Source: a virus. From it: DNA of 64,000 nt. A program made the position numbers and the translations under genes. This document shows positions 8,292 to 20,290 of this stretch, piece after piece; the first letter of the stretch is position 1, and every line of letters starts with the position of its first letter. The DNA lies in the IMG/VR virus record IMGVR_UViG_3300043438_002264, positions 32,001 to 96,000 of that record. One strand, written 5' to 3'. The notes under the pieces are model-generated. The model saw nothing but the letters and a program-made list of their open reading frames with translations, had not been told where the DNA came from and ran no database searches.

Positions 8292-8353
8292 GACAAAACC
8301 CCTCGTAGATGATTTACTGTATCAGTATACACCATCCAGAGGGGGTCTGTCAA
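8291..8353 (-). promoter_or_regulatory. Consensus sigmaA promoter (TTGACA-N18-TATACT) nested in a long hairpin covering the RBS and start of the peptidase gene
   Basis: -35 at 8348-8353, -10 at 8324-8329; inverted repeat TGACAGACCCCCTC...GAGGGGTTTTGTCA. Confidence 0.7.
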
Positions 8354-8367
8354 CTAGGGTTTAAAGC

Positions 8368-8643
8368 CTATTTTTTGCCTGATTTCTTATCAACTGTAGC
8401 AAAAGCATCGTTGATTTCAGCCATGGTTAGCTTACCATCATCTAGGTAGGCACGTGCTAGCTTCTCAACTACTGCTGCCACTCCTAAGATTCCAGCCATC
8501 ATTACAGCAGAGATTAGGTCTACGCCTACAACTGCTCCTGCACCCAGGACGGTAAGTCCAGATGCTGCAAATACTGCTACAATCCTAAAGATGATGTTCT
8601 TAACTGTGGCCCAGCCACCAGTTACTCCATATTCTTCTTCCAT
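8368..8643 (-). CDS. Small two-TM membrane protein (holin-like or surface-complex subunit)
   Basis: Two hydrophobic segments; DDGKLTMAEIN EF-hand-like tail. Confidence 0.6.
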   Translation of the reverse strand: MEEEYGVTGGWATVKNIIFRIVAVFAASGLTVLGAGAVVGVDLISAVMMAGILGVAAVVEKLARAYLDDGKLTMAEINDAFATVDKKSGKK

Positions 8644-8661
8644 TTTTGGGTTTCCTATCTA

Positions 8662-8847
8662 CTAATTATCTTCTTTTTCATAACGAAAAATCGGAAATGT
8701 TACAATCCATACTAATAGGGTAATTAGTATGAGGTTTCCTGTTAGCTCTTTGGCAGAACCTTCCAGGACAAGCCAAGCCACGACCATGCCAAGCAATGTC
8801 CATGCCTGATCTATGACGTCCTTAACTAATGCTGTTAAAAATTTCAT
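8662..8847 (-). CDS. Small two-TM membrane protein
   Basis: QAWTLLGMVVAWLVLEG...LILITLLVWIVTFPIF. Confidence 0.65.
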   Translation of the reverse strand: MKFLTALVKDVIDQAWTLLGMVVAWLVLEGSAKELTGNLILITLLVWIVTFPIFRYEKEDN

Positions 8848-8848
8848 C

Positions 8849-10312
8849 TTATGCTCCGTTCCTTATGTTTACTGTTGTTGCTATACCACTTATAGAAATT
8901 GCTGATAGTGCAGCTTGCACTGCAACAATTGCTGTAACTACTACCTTTTCTGAATCTTCTCTAACTTGTGGGCTCATGTCTGCCCCCGCATTTCCAAGAA
9001 AGTTAACGAGTTCTGTTGCTCCACCAAGTACGTCACCAAGTAGCGGGATGGCTGCTAGGGATTCGTCTAGAACAATATCATCCTGCTGGGCTGCTACAAG
9101 TAGGGCTTCAAGAGCCTGATCATACTCCTCAGAGCCTGGCTCTGCTGTTTCAAATATTTCTAGGGCAGCCTCAACAAGAGCTTCTGCCTGAGCTTCTGTA
9201 AGATCTGTAGCTACAATTTCTTCTAAGTCTATTTGCATTAGCAGTTCTTCAGAAATTTCTTCTGGAAGTTCCTCAGCAGTAACAATTGGATCTATTGGTC
9301 CAGGCTCTTCTGTTTGCTCTGGCTCTGGTAGCGGTTCAGGCTCATTCTCTGTTGGCTCTTCAGTAGGTTCCTCGCTAGGCGTAGGTTCAGGTGCTGACTC
9401 TTCCTCAGGTGAAATGGGGGTGGGTTCTGGGCTAGGCTCAACTTGCGGTTCCCTTTCTGGTTCTGGTATAATTGGGTCTATAGGTATTACAGGAGGATTA
9501 GGTGAAGGTTCTGGAGAAGGTTTTACAGGTTCTGGGGTTGGCTCTACTGGTGGCTCTGGTTCCTCTGGCTGTGGTGGTGTCGTTGGTTCTGGCGATGGCT
9601 CCTCTGACGGTTCTGGTTCTGGGGTTGCTGGTGTGGAGGGCTGTGGCTCTGGTTCAACGGGCGGCTCAGGGGATGGCTCAGGGGTAGGCTCAGGGGTAGG
9701 CTCAGGGGTAGGCTCTATTACTGGGTTCTCAACTGGAGGCTCAGTAATTGTTTGAATTTCTAGAGGCTGTACTGGACCGCCCTGTGTGTAACGAACTCCA
9801 TACCTAGCACCTGCAGGGGCAGCATTACTTACTTGGTAAGTAGGAGTCCAGGTGTAATTAACTGGGTTTACTTCTGCAATCATTCTTATATAGACAGGAG
9901 CTCCAGAAGACTGACCCCAAGGTAGGACTTTCCAGTCAACACAAATGGACGTTGATGTTGATCCATATCTTACGTATAAATCATTTTGAGCTGCCCAGGG
10001 ATGAGTCCCAGTTGCAAAAGCATGGTAGTCCCAGGAAGCTATAGAGATTGATGGAGTTTGAGGGTAATCCCAAAAGGTGTAGTCCCCCTGACCAAAAGTC
10101 ATTGTTCCTTTTGGACTTACATAAATGTTACCATCATAAACAATGCCACCAAACTCAAGAGGCGTGTTTAAGTTCATCAAGAATGCCTGATCGCCACCGT
10201 TGACTTGGTGGGTATCACAAACTGCGTTATTAGCCTGAGCAGCGTCGGCGGCGAGAAAAAGGGGGCCAAACGATATAGCAAAAGCTAAGAAAATTCTAAA
10301 TTGGGTTTTAAT
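8849..10312 (-). CDS. Secreted, membrane-anchored Pro/Glu-rich surface protein (probable ATT start)
   Basis: Frame open upstream of track start 10180 to ATT 10312, encoding signal peptide IKTQFRIFLAFAISFGPLFLAADAAQA; AAGGAG 6 nt upstream; beta-rich domain, long PEPT stalk, hydrophobic C-terminus. Confidence 0.75.
   Translation of the reverse strand: MKTQFRIFLAFAISFGPLFLAADAAQANNAVCDTHQVNGGDQAFLMNLNTPLEFGGIVYDGNIYVSPKGTMTFGQGDYTFWDYPQTPSISIASWDYHAFATGTHPWAAQNDLYVRYGSTSTSICVDWKVLPWGQSSGAPVYIRMIAEVNPVNYTWTPTYQVSNAAPAGARYGVRYTQGGPVQPLEIQTITEPPVENPVIEPTPEPTPEPTPEPSPEPPVEPEPQPSTPATPEPEPSEEPSPEPTTPPQPEEPEPPVEPTPEPVKPSPEPSPNPPVIPIDPIIPEPEREPQVEPSPEPTPISPEEESAPEPTPSEEPTEEPTENEPEPLPEPEQTEEPGPIDPIVTAEELPEEISEELLMQIDLEEIVATDLTEAQAEALVEAALEIFETAEPGSEEYDQALEALLVAAQQDDIVLDESLAAIPLLGDVLGGATELVNFLGNAGADMSPQVREDSEKVVVTAIVAVQAALSAISISGIATTVNIRNGA
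9663..9715. repeat. 12-bp tandem repeat (GGCTCAGGGGTA, about 4 copies) encoding PEPT/PEPS
   Basis: Seen directly; lies within the Pro-rich stalk. Confidence 0.85.
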
Positions 10313-10372
10313 TTTCTTCTCCTTGTTAGCGTTATACTAACAAGATAATTATAACATTTTATTTAATTGAAA

Positions 10373-13423
<3,051 letters not shown>

Positions 13424-13431
<8 letters not shown>

Positions 13432-13825
13432 ATAGCAGACCTAGCCTTTCTTTTACTTTATTAACATCATCGTCTGTGCCGAATATTTCTACTCTAGCAA
13501 TAACTGGTACCCCAGTTTTTTGTGCGATTAGCTCTGCGGCTTTGCAGTAGTTATCGCCAAAATTTGTGTTGCCAAATCCTACTACCCCACGTAATAGATT
13601 TCTGTTTTCTTCTATGTTAAGAAAACTTTTTACCTGCTTAGGTATTGCGGATCTTTCAGAACCTCCGCCATAAGTTGGAACCATCAGAACGTATTCTTCT
13701 TTTACAAAAACTGGTGAAGCAGGGTCCCAGCTTATTGGAATACGGATGGATACATTGTCCATTTTTTCTACAAATCGTTTTGTATTTCCAGAATAGTTAG
13801 AAAAGTAGACGATTTGTATAGACAT
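13424..13825 (-). CDS. nrdI: NrdI flavodoxin
   Basis: [29 protein letters not shown]. Confidence 0.95.
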
Positions 13826-13857
13826 CTATTCTAACTCCTTTTTAAAATTTTAGGATA

Positions 13858-13890
13858 ATAAAAGGGAGGGATTTTCGCCCCTCCCCTTTA
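13858..13890 (-). terminator. Intrinsic terminator after the secreted-protein gene
   Basis: GGGAGGGG-CGAAAA-TCCCTCCC-TTTT hairpin with U-tract. Confidence 0.75.
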
Positions 13891-13905
13891 CTATTTTATA
13901 AAATA

Positions 13906-14787
13906 TTACTTTAGAGCAACTCGCTTGCTCTTCTTTACCAGCTTGTTGTACTTCTTAGCTAGCTTATTGTAGTCAGCCTTTAGAGCTGCGTTGTTTGCGT
14001 TCAAGATAGCTACCTGAGCAGCTAGGTCTGCAGCTGCAATAGAGAAAGAAACTTCCTTTACTGCCTTTGGCAAACCAGTCACATCTGTAGCGGAAATGTT
14101 TGCAAGACCTGCAACAGTGCCAGCAGTAGCAGGAGTGGTAATTACACCCTTGTACAGCTTGTCAGTTGAGTTCCAGGTTAGTGCTGTCTTAACAGTTCCA
14201 CGAAGAAGTGTTGTTGTAATTGATGCATTCTCAACTGCGTTACCAAATACGTCAGTAGCGGTTGCAGTAAAGTCTACATCTGAACCAAGACCAGCAACAG
14301 TTGGGACTGAAGCTGACAGGTTGTATGCAGGACCTGCAAGGCCCTTTAGGTAGTAAGTGGAAGATGATCCACCAGCTGTAACAACTACTGAACCAGCAGT
14401 AGTCTTAGTTGTAAATGCATAGAATGTAGCAGTAGTTCCTGAGCCAGTATTGATCTCAACGCTAGCAGTTCCTGCAGAAGCTGAAACCTCAGCACCAACT
14501 GCATCCAAAGCTGTTACTAGCTTTGCATCCGCTGCAGTTGCACGAACAGTTGTACCAGTTGGTACTGTAACAACAAACTTAACAGTGTCAGCAAGGTCAA
14601 CCTTGTTGTCTGATGGAACTGTTGGTGTTGCTGGAGTTGTTGATACCTTAGATGTAGTTGCTACGTCAGTCGATCCAACTGTAACAGCAGCTACGACAGA
14701 AGCGTTAGCTGGTCCTGCAATAATCGCTGATGCTACCAGAGCAAAAGCAGAAATAGCAGCTAGGCTAACTTTCTTAAATGAATTCAT
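13906..14787 (-). CDS. Secreted Ala/Thr/Val-rich Ig-like (S-layer-like) protein with C-terminal coiled coil
   Basis: Signal peptide MNSFKKVSLAAISAFALVASAIIAGPANA; ATDVFGNAV Big-like motif; basic coiled-coil tail; AAGGAG RBS. Confidence 0.7.
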   Translation of the reverse strand: MNSFKKVSLAAISAFALVASAIIAGPANASVVAAVTVGSTDVATTSKVSTTPATPTVPSDNKVDLADTVKFVVTVPTGTTVRATAADAKLVTALDAVGAEVSASAGTASVEINTGSGTTATFYAFTTKTTAGSVVVTAGGSSSTYYLKGLAGPAYNLSASVPTVAGLGSDVDFTATATDVFGNAVENASITTTLLRGTVKTALTWNSTDKLYKGVITTPATAGTVAGLANISATDVTGLPKAVKEVSFSIAAADLAAQVAILNANNAALKADYNKLAKKYNKLVKKSKRVALK

Positions 14788-14817
14788 TTATTTCTCCTTA
14801 TATTTTTTATTTTTGAT

Positions 14818-16593
14818 TTATATTAAATCAAATCTTTCTAGATATTCCTGCACATCGCTGGGCATAGGCTTATATTGTATCACATTATCGGGCAGGTTGT
14901 CAACTTGCTTTGGCCTATCTTTAAAAGTGTGAATTTCAACTTCAAGGTTTTGATCTTTTGGCGTGTGGCTAATGGCCCCAAAAATTGCACCACATACGGC
15001 ATCCGCTAAGTCTTTTGAAAGTTTTCTTGGGTGGTCAACCCTATTATTTTTCATAATCTTTAATTCAGTTAACTCTTCAAACAATAATTCAATTGCTGGC
15101 ATAGCTAATCGTTCTTCATACATTAGCATAGCCATATCCTCATAGTGTTTCTTAGCAACAGAGACTGTCTCAGTTCTCATTCCTACAGATTTTAATTCAT
15201 TCTGAATGTCAAAGGATTGCCAACGGTCAAATGATACCATTCCGATATCAAATCCAATTCTTCTTAGGTTTTGAATCCATTGTTTTACCTCAGAAAGGTT
15301 TACTGGACCCTCTATCTTTGGCTCCCAATAAACAACAGCATCTACTATTACCATTGGAACTACTTGCTCATAGTCTTTCATGACTTGAACTGATACCCAT
15401 TTTTCTACGTGAGCAATTGCAACGGCACACTTGTCGTGTTTCTGTGCAAGGTCAGCATGTACAAAATATTTCTTGTTGGGATCTGGTTTAAACGTATCAT
15501 CAAATCTTTTGGAAGAGTCTATCGGGTTTCTAATTGTCATGCATGCTCGAACTTTTTCTCTTTGTTTAAAGAATGCATCAGTAGCAAAAGTTGGAACACA
15601 TGCAAATCTTTGCATAGCATCCCCCATGTCAGTATAAAAAGCTAATTTAAAATCATCAATCTGTCTTGTTGGGTTTACTACCCAGGTAGGACGTTTTAAC
15701 GCAAAGACGCCTGGATACTTGTATGAAGTGATGGTATCTTCTTCCCATTCAATTTCTAAAGAGTTGCCCTCAGCATCATCTGGTAAATCTGGATTCATAA
15801 TGAACTTGTGTGTTTTACGAACACTGTCTTTCTCAGCAATAACGGCATCATATTTTTGAGAGATAAAGTCTCCTGGAAAGCGTGGGAAGGATAGCAAAGC
15901 CACCTTGCCAAGATCTGGAAAACGGGAGTCTACTGAAGCACGAAACGCTTTATAAATGTTATCCGCAGTTTTGCCTTGATCATTCCCAGTTCCAATTTCA
16001 GTAGCAAATCCAGAGATCTCATCAAGTACTGCCAGAATAAGGTTAAGACCTTCGTGTGATTCTCTTTCCGAGTGTCCTGAGTATACTGTGATAGATTTAT
16101 CAAATTCAATAGACTCAGCTTTGGCGTTAAACTTTCCAGAGAACCAAGGCGACCTTTCAATCTTTGACTTAAAGCCTTTAAAGAATACATTTTTCGCTTG
16201 TTGTGCGTTAATCGCAACGTTGATGATATCAATGGCATCACCACCAGGTTTTCCAAAATACCGTGCAGGATCTTTAAGGCATAAAAGTTTATATACAATA
16301 TAAGAACACGCAACCGTAGAAGTAAAGTCTTTTCCTGAGCCCTTACCCAGCTGTAGAATGACTTCGTTTTTTGTATATTTTTTATAATATCTTCTTCCAC
16401 TTTCTTCTCCCATCAAATTAATTAAATCTTCTAGCCTATATATCTGACTCATAGCCTCAACAATGTCATACTGAACATCTGAGAGCGGTGGCTGGCCAAG
16501 AAAATCTTCACCCTCTACAAACGTTTTTGCATCTACAGGAAGTTCTTCAAAATTGCTGTCTTGCAAAACCTCTAAGAATTCATCAAACATCAT
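14818..16593 (-). CDS. Terminase large subunit
   Basis: Walker A LGKGSGKD, Walker B LAVLDE, nuclease HADLA, FDRWQS, DHPRK.SKDLADA. Confidence 0.92.
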   Translation of the reverse strand: MMFDEFLEVLQDSNFEELPVDAKTFVEGEDFLGQPPLSDVQYDIVEAMSQIYRLEDLINLMGEESGRRYYKKYTKNEVILQLGKGSGKDFTSTVACSYIVYKLLCLKDPARYFGKPGGDAIDIINVAINAQQAKNVFFKGFKSKIERSPWFSGKFNAKAESIEFDKSITVYSGHSERESHEGLNLILAVLDEISGFATEIGTGNDQGKTADNIYKAFRASVDSRFPDLGKVALLSFPRFPGDFISQKYDAVIAEKDSVRKTHKFIMNPDLPDDAEGNSLEIEWEEDTITSYKYPGVFALKRPTWVVNPTRQIDDFKLAFYTDMGDAMQRFACVPTFATDAFFKQREKVRACMTIRNPIDSSKRFDDTFKPDPNKKYFVHADLAQKHDKCAVAIAHVEKWVSVQVMKDYEQVVPMVIVDAVVYWEPKIEGPVNLSEVKQWIQNLRRIGFDIGMVSFDRWQSFDIQNELKSVGMRTETVSVAKKHYEDMAMLMYEERLAMPAIELLFEELTELKIMKNNRVDHPRKLSKDLADAVCGAIFGAISHTPKDQNLEVEIHTFKDRPKQVDNLPDNVIQYKPMPSDVQEYLERFDLI

Positions 16594-17116
16594 TGACAAT
16601 TGTTAGAACCTCTCGCTCTTTAGACACTGCTGAAAGACGCTTCATAATTTCATTACGAATTTCTGGATATTCTGAAGCTATATCTTTTAAAATTCCAACT
16701 AAAATTTCTTGCTTACGCTCAATCTCCAGCATTTCTTCTGCAAGCTCTTTATTCTCTAGCAAGCCTGCCTTTTGTAGCATATCAATTCTTCTTGCTTCTA
16801 TATCCAGGACAAGCTTAATTGCTGAAGTTTTAGCACTAAGGTTTGCCGTTGTAGTTGCATCGTCAATAACCTCATAGGCTTTGCTGATTAACTTGTTATA
16901 GTGGGTGTCTGCTCCAACTAGAGCTTCTTTAGCTCTTGCTCTAATTGCGGCATTGTCTGAAGCCATCTGTCGCCACTCACTAATGTAAGCAACAACCTTC
17001 TGCCTAGGGATATCTAGATCTTTTGATATCTGAGTAGGCTCAGCACCTTTTAGATATTCCTCAACTACCCTGTTTACCTTATCTAAGTGCTCAATTAAGT
17101 TTTCTTCAGTTGACAT
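16583..17116 (-). CDS. Putative terminase small subunit
   Basis: N-terminal HTH (PTQISKDLDIPRQKV), helical body, directly upstream of TerL. Confidence 0.6.
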   Translation of the reverse strand: MSTEENLIEHLDKVNRVVEEYLKGAEPTQISKDLDIPRQKVVAYISEWRQMASDNAAIRARAKEALVGADTHYNKLISKAYEVIDDATTTANLSAKTSAIKLVLDIEARRIDMLQKAGLLENKELAEEMLEIERKQEILVGILKDIASEYPEIRNEIMKRLSAVSKEREVLTIVNDV

Positions 17117-17387
17117 TATTTTTACCCCTTTTTATTGGCATTAGTTTAATTCTATCAGCTTTAAAGGATCTCCATGCAGAAACAATATTTTTATCTAACT
17201 CAAAACAGTCTATCCAAGTAGAGCCAGTTTCTTTGTTTGTAACTACGCTAAGAAACTTAAACTTGGCTCCGTGCTCTCCATTAATTTTAATGACTTCTCC
17301 AGGGACAAGGGTTCTGCTTCCAACCTGCAGCTCATAGGATCTTTCAAACTTAGTTTCTCTTATTGCAGAGGATTTCCTGTTAATCAT
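17106..17387 (-). CDS. Hypothetical protein (SH3-like beta)
   Basis: 93-aa ORF translationally coupled to both neighbours. Confidence 0.6.
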   Translation of the reverse strand: MINRKSSAIRETKFERSYELQVGSRTLVPGEVIKINGEHGAKFKFLSVVTNKETGSTWIDCFELDKNIVSAWRSFKADRIKLMPIKRGKNNVN

Positions 17388-17539
17388 CTTTTAGATTTCC
17401 TTAGCTTAAACTTTGCCAAGTAAACATAGATAGTCTCGACTGTTGCTCCACACTCTTTAGCAATTTCTTCTGGAGTTTTTTTATCAACCCAATATCTTTT
17501 TTTAAGCCAGGCTTCACTTGTATATAACTTATTTGGCAT
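17384..17539 (-). CDS. Small HTH DNA-binding protein (51 aa)
   Basis: Below track cutoff: MPNKLYTSEAWLKKRYWVDKKTPEEIAKECGATVETIYVYLAKFKLRKSKR; fills the gap with an ATGA overlap. Confidence 0.8.
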   Translation of the reverse strand: MPNKLYTSEAWLKKRYWVDKKTPEEIAKECGATVETIYVYLAKFKLRKSKR

Positions 17540-18115
17540 TTAAAAGCCTACCTTAATTAAATTATTAATTGCGTAGTGGCCTATAGCAACTGCATCAGCA
17601 ACATCATTATCAGAAATATCTCTGTCATAGTAGGAATTTACAAAGCGAATTGTTTTTTGCTTTCTTACTTCTCTTTCAATACTTTTTAGTGTTGATGCAG
17701 CCTTGTTTGGATTTTGCTTAGCTATTTCAAGTTTTTCTACATTGTCTAATTTTTTATTTCCAATATAATTTTGCCAAGTAATTGGGCTAACAGATCCAAA
17801 CCTTTTTACCCCAGCAATCCTTGCTGCCCCAAGAAGGCCTCCCTGCACTAAGGCTAAGTCTGCAGCTGTCTTTGGGCTATTCATAAAAACTGTGTGTTCT
17901 ATTACAATAGCATCAATGTTAAATTTTTCAAGAAAGGCCAATGATTTTCTAGCAGCGTCTCCAACCTTTACGTACGTGTCTGTGCCAGCAAATTTAATTT
18001 TTCCAAAAGCTTTTAATTCTTTGTCAGAAAAAATAGCAAATGCAAGACTGTTTGTACTTGCATCTATTGCACAAATATTTGTAGGGTGATTGCTAAGTAA
18101 ACTAATCTTTACCAT
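17540..18115 (-). CDS. RuvC-like Holliday junction resolvase
   Basis: AIDASTNSLAFA, IVIE, DNDVADAVAIG. Confidence 0.85.
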   Translation of the reverse strand: MVKISLLSNHPTNICAIDASTNSLAFAIFSDKELKAFGKIKFAGTDTYVKVGDAARKSLAFLEKFNIDAIVIEHTVFMNSPKTAADLALVQGGLLGAARIAGVKRFGSVSPITWQNYIGNKKLDNVEKLEIAKQNPNKAASTLKSIEREVRKQKTIRFVNSYYDRDISDNDVADAVAIGHYAINNLIKVGF

Positions 18116-18386
18116 TAGACAACCTTTTTATATCTTTTAAAGCAATTGATATATCAACTGGATTAATTAAACATTTACTACAGATTTGATCATCATTATA
18201 TATTGATAATTGCTGTTCGCAGGTTTTGCATTTTCTAACTTTTCCAGTCCTACGACTAATTCTTGAAAGCTGATACCTTTCTGCAATCTTTTCTTTGGTT
18301 GCAGCATCCCTACACCCTGGCGAGCAATATATTTGATAAGAAACAGATGTTTCAAAAGCTTCATCACACCATTGACAGTGTTTCAT
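18102..18386 (-). CDS. Cys-rich zinc-finger protein
   Basis: MKHCQWC...YCSPGC...CKTC...CSKC; start set at MKHC. Confidence 0.7.
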   Translation of the reverse strand: MKHCQWCDEAFETSVSYQIYCSPGCRDAATKEKIAERYQLSRISRRTGKVRKCKTCEQQLSIYNDDQICSKCLINPVDISIALKDIKRLSNGKD

Positions 18387-19170
18387 CCAACGACTCCAAA
18401 GATTTAATTTTAATCTCTCCAGAGCCTGCAAGATCACAAGTTGCCCGAATAGGACAAGTCTTACAAATTTTTGAGTTAGACCTATAGTTTTTCTCTGGCA
18501 GGGTTTTGTTTTCCCAAGCCTTTCTAACTGTTCTCATCCACTCAAAAGCGTTCTCTACCCACTTAAAAGAATACTCATTTAATTCTACAGGAAAAATCAG
18601 AAGTTCGTGATTGTTCTTGTTTTCATAAATAAGGATTGCCTTGCTTTTGTTTAGTACCTTCATGTAAATTAATAGCTGGATTAAGTGACCAGCTTTTGGC
18701 TTACCCGCAAGTTTACGATACTCAAAGCCTTCATTTGGCATTGTTTTAATTTCACCAAGAAGGTCTTCGTTTTCCCACTCTAGGATTACATCTCCATATC
18801 CAAAAATTGGAGGATCTGGATATGTAATTTTGAATTCAGAATTCTTTAGAATCCCTGCATCTTCCATGGCTTGCTGGATTCTTTCGTGAGACTTGGTTCC
18901 AGCTGTCATGTTTGCTCCGCCATAAGCGTCTGCATTATCCTCAAACATTGCACCCTCAAAGGCCAGGTACCAATATCTGGGACACTCTCCATGAGAATAG
19001 GCAATAGTGCTTGGGGCAAATGTCTTTTTAGTCTGGAATTTGTCTACACGTTTAACAGTATACCCAGACTTAATCTTTTCAATTAATGCTTCTTTGTCCA
19101 CAAATGATGGACGAGACATAATTTTTTCTTCTGTTTTTAACATTACTTGTTGCAATAAACTTTTTGTCAT
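18364..19170 (-). CDS. Cas4-like PD-(D/E)XK exonuclease
   Basis: CPRYWY, GTKSHE, GYGD, EIKT, QLLIY, C-terminal CxxCP...C Fe-S-type cysteines. Confidence 0.85.
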   Translation of the reverse strand: MTKSLLQQVMLKTEEKIMSRPSFVDKEALIEKIKSGYTVKRVDKFQTKKTFAPSTIAYSHGECPRYWYLAFEGAMFEDNADAYGGANMTAGTKSHERIQQAMEDAGILKNSEFKITYPDPPIFGYGDVILEWENEDLLGEIKTMPNEGFEYRKLAGKPKAGHLIQLLIYMKVLNKSKAILIYENKNNHELLIFPVELNEYSFKWVENAFEWMRTVRKAWENKTLPEKNYRSNSKICKTCPIRATCDLAGSGEIKIKSLESLDETLSMV

Positions 19171-19205
19171 TTTGAAAACTCTTTTCTATATCCTTATAGT
19201 ATACA

Positions 19206-19511
19206 CTATCTGGCAATATATTTCAAGGCGGACACTAGGTTGTTGATAGATTCTGCTGCAGTGTAATAAAGATTTTTCTTGCCCCTGTCGCTTTTATCAA
19301 CATTTGCCATCCAGGTGGCTCTGAAAGCCATTTTAGCTGCAATTGCTTGCAGTCTGACAATTTCTACAGTAACCACATTAAGTGGTATATCTGGCTTTAA
19401 TATTACTTTTGCTATAAAAGTTAAAGCGGTGTTTAATTCCTCATCATTCATATAATCAGCAATTTCTGCTAGACCATTGATTGAGTCAATCGTTGTTTGC
19501 TGCTGCTCCAT
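19206..19511 (-). CDS. Conserved helical hypothetical protein
   Basis: 101-aa ORF within the recombination block. Confidence 0.65.
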   Translation of the reverse strand: MEQQQTTIDSINGLAEIADYMNDEELNTALTFIAKVILKPDIPLNVVTVEIVRLQAIAAKMAFRATWMANVDKSDRGKKNLYYTAAESINNLVSALKYIAR

Positions 19512-20289
19512 TTTTGATCTTTCCGTGAGTGTTTGCGTCTATTCCTATTTGTAAGCCTAAATCATTGTACAAGTCCCATGCTGAGGTAAACTCTGTCCTT
19601 GTTGTTAAGTCTTTCATATGTTCCTGAATTCTGTCTGAATGGAATCTTGGGTCTAGGGGGTCTTCTCCGTTTGTGAATCTCCAGTCATCAAGTGGAGAAT
19701 AATCAAACGTAAGTATTTCACAAAAATCTCCTTCTTGCCACTCTCTTTTTGGTCTCCAGTGAACTTGATTAACTGCACTAAAAACTAAAGCGTCTCCCGC
19801 TTTTAAGGCATAGGGAACATTGTCAACATAAACGTCCCACTCAATATTTGTATCCAGGCAATAGTTAAAAGTAACAAGAGTATTTGCAGCGTCTATGTGT
19901 GGTGGTAGCGATGGAAAATACTTACCTTCTCCATACTTCATGTTGTAGTCTAGGTAACTGTAGTGACCAAGCTTAATTGGTTCTTTATAGACTGGCAAAA
20001 CATAGGAGTCCATAATGTCTTCTGCTTCTTGGGTACACTGAAACTCAATGACCATTCTTGACATGTGAGTCATAATTCTTGGATCAAACCGATCCATGCT
20101 CATATACTCTTCTTTGTCAACCTCTGCTGGTATAGAGGCTAGTGGACGATTTTCTTTTGCTTCTTCAATTATCTGCCTTAGGCCTTCTACTTGTTTTTTA
20201 TTAAAAGGCTGCTCTACATAAAATGGAACTGATAAATTAAATTTATCAAACCCAGATAAATAATCGTGCATTCCTTCTACTTTTGACAT
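19486..20289 (-). CDS. 2OG-Fe(II) oxygenase-like protein
   Basis: PSLPPHID...TFNYCL...W...ALVFS..NQVHWR; start set at MSKV. Confidence 0.75.
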   Translation of the reverse strand: MSKVEGMHDYLSGFDKFNLSVPFYVEQPFNKKQVEGLRQIIEEAKENRPLASIPAEVDKEEYMSMDRFDPRIMTHMSRMVIEFQCTQEAEDIMDSYVLPVYKEPIKLGHYSYLDYNMKYGEGKYFPSLPPHIDAANTLVTFNYCLDTNIEWDVYVDNVPYALKAGDALVFSAVNQVHWRPKREWQEGDFCEILTFDYSPLDDWRFTNGEDPLDPRFHSDRIQEHMKDLTTRTEFTSAWDLYNDLGLQIGIDANTHGKIKNGAAANND

Positions 20290-20290
20290 T

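Noticed and set aside
9414-9755. Gly/Ser-rich plus-strand ORF
   Set aside because: It is the antisense shadow of the Pro/Glu-rich stalk.
18364-19170. Cas4-like gene as evidence of a CRISPR-Cas system
   Set aside because: No repeat-spacer array or other cas genes were seen; stand-alone Cas4-like nucleases are common in phage recombination modules.
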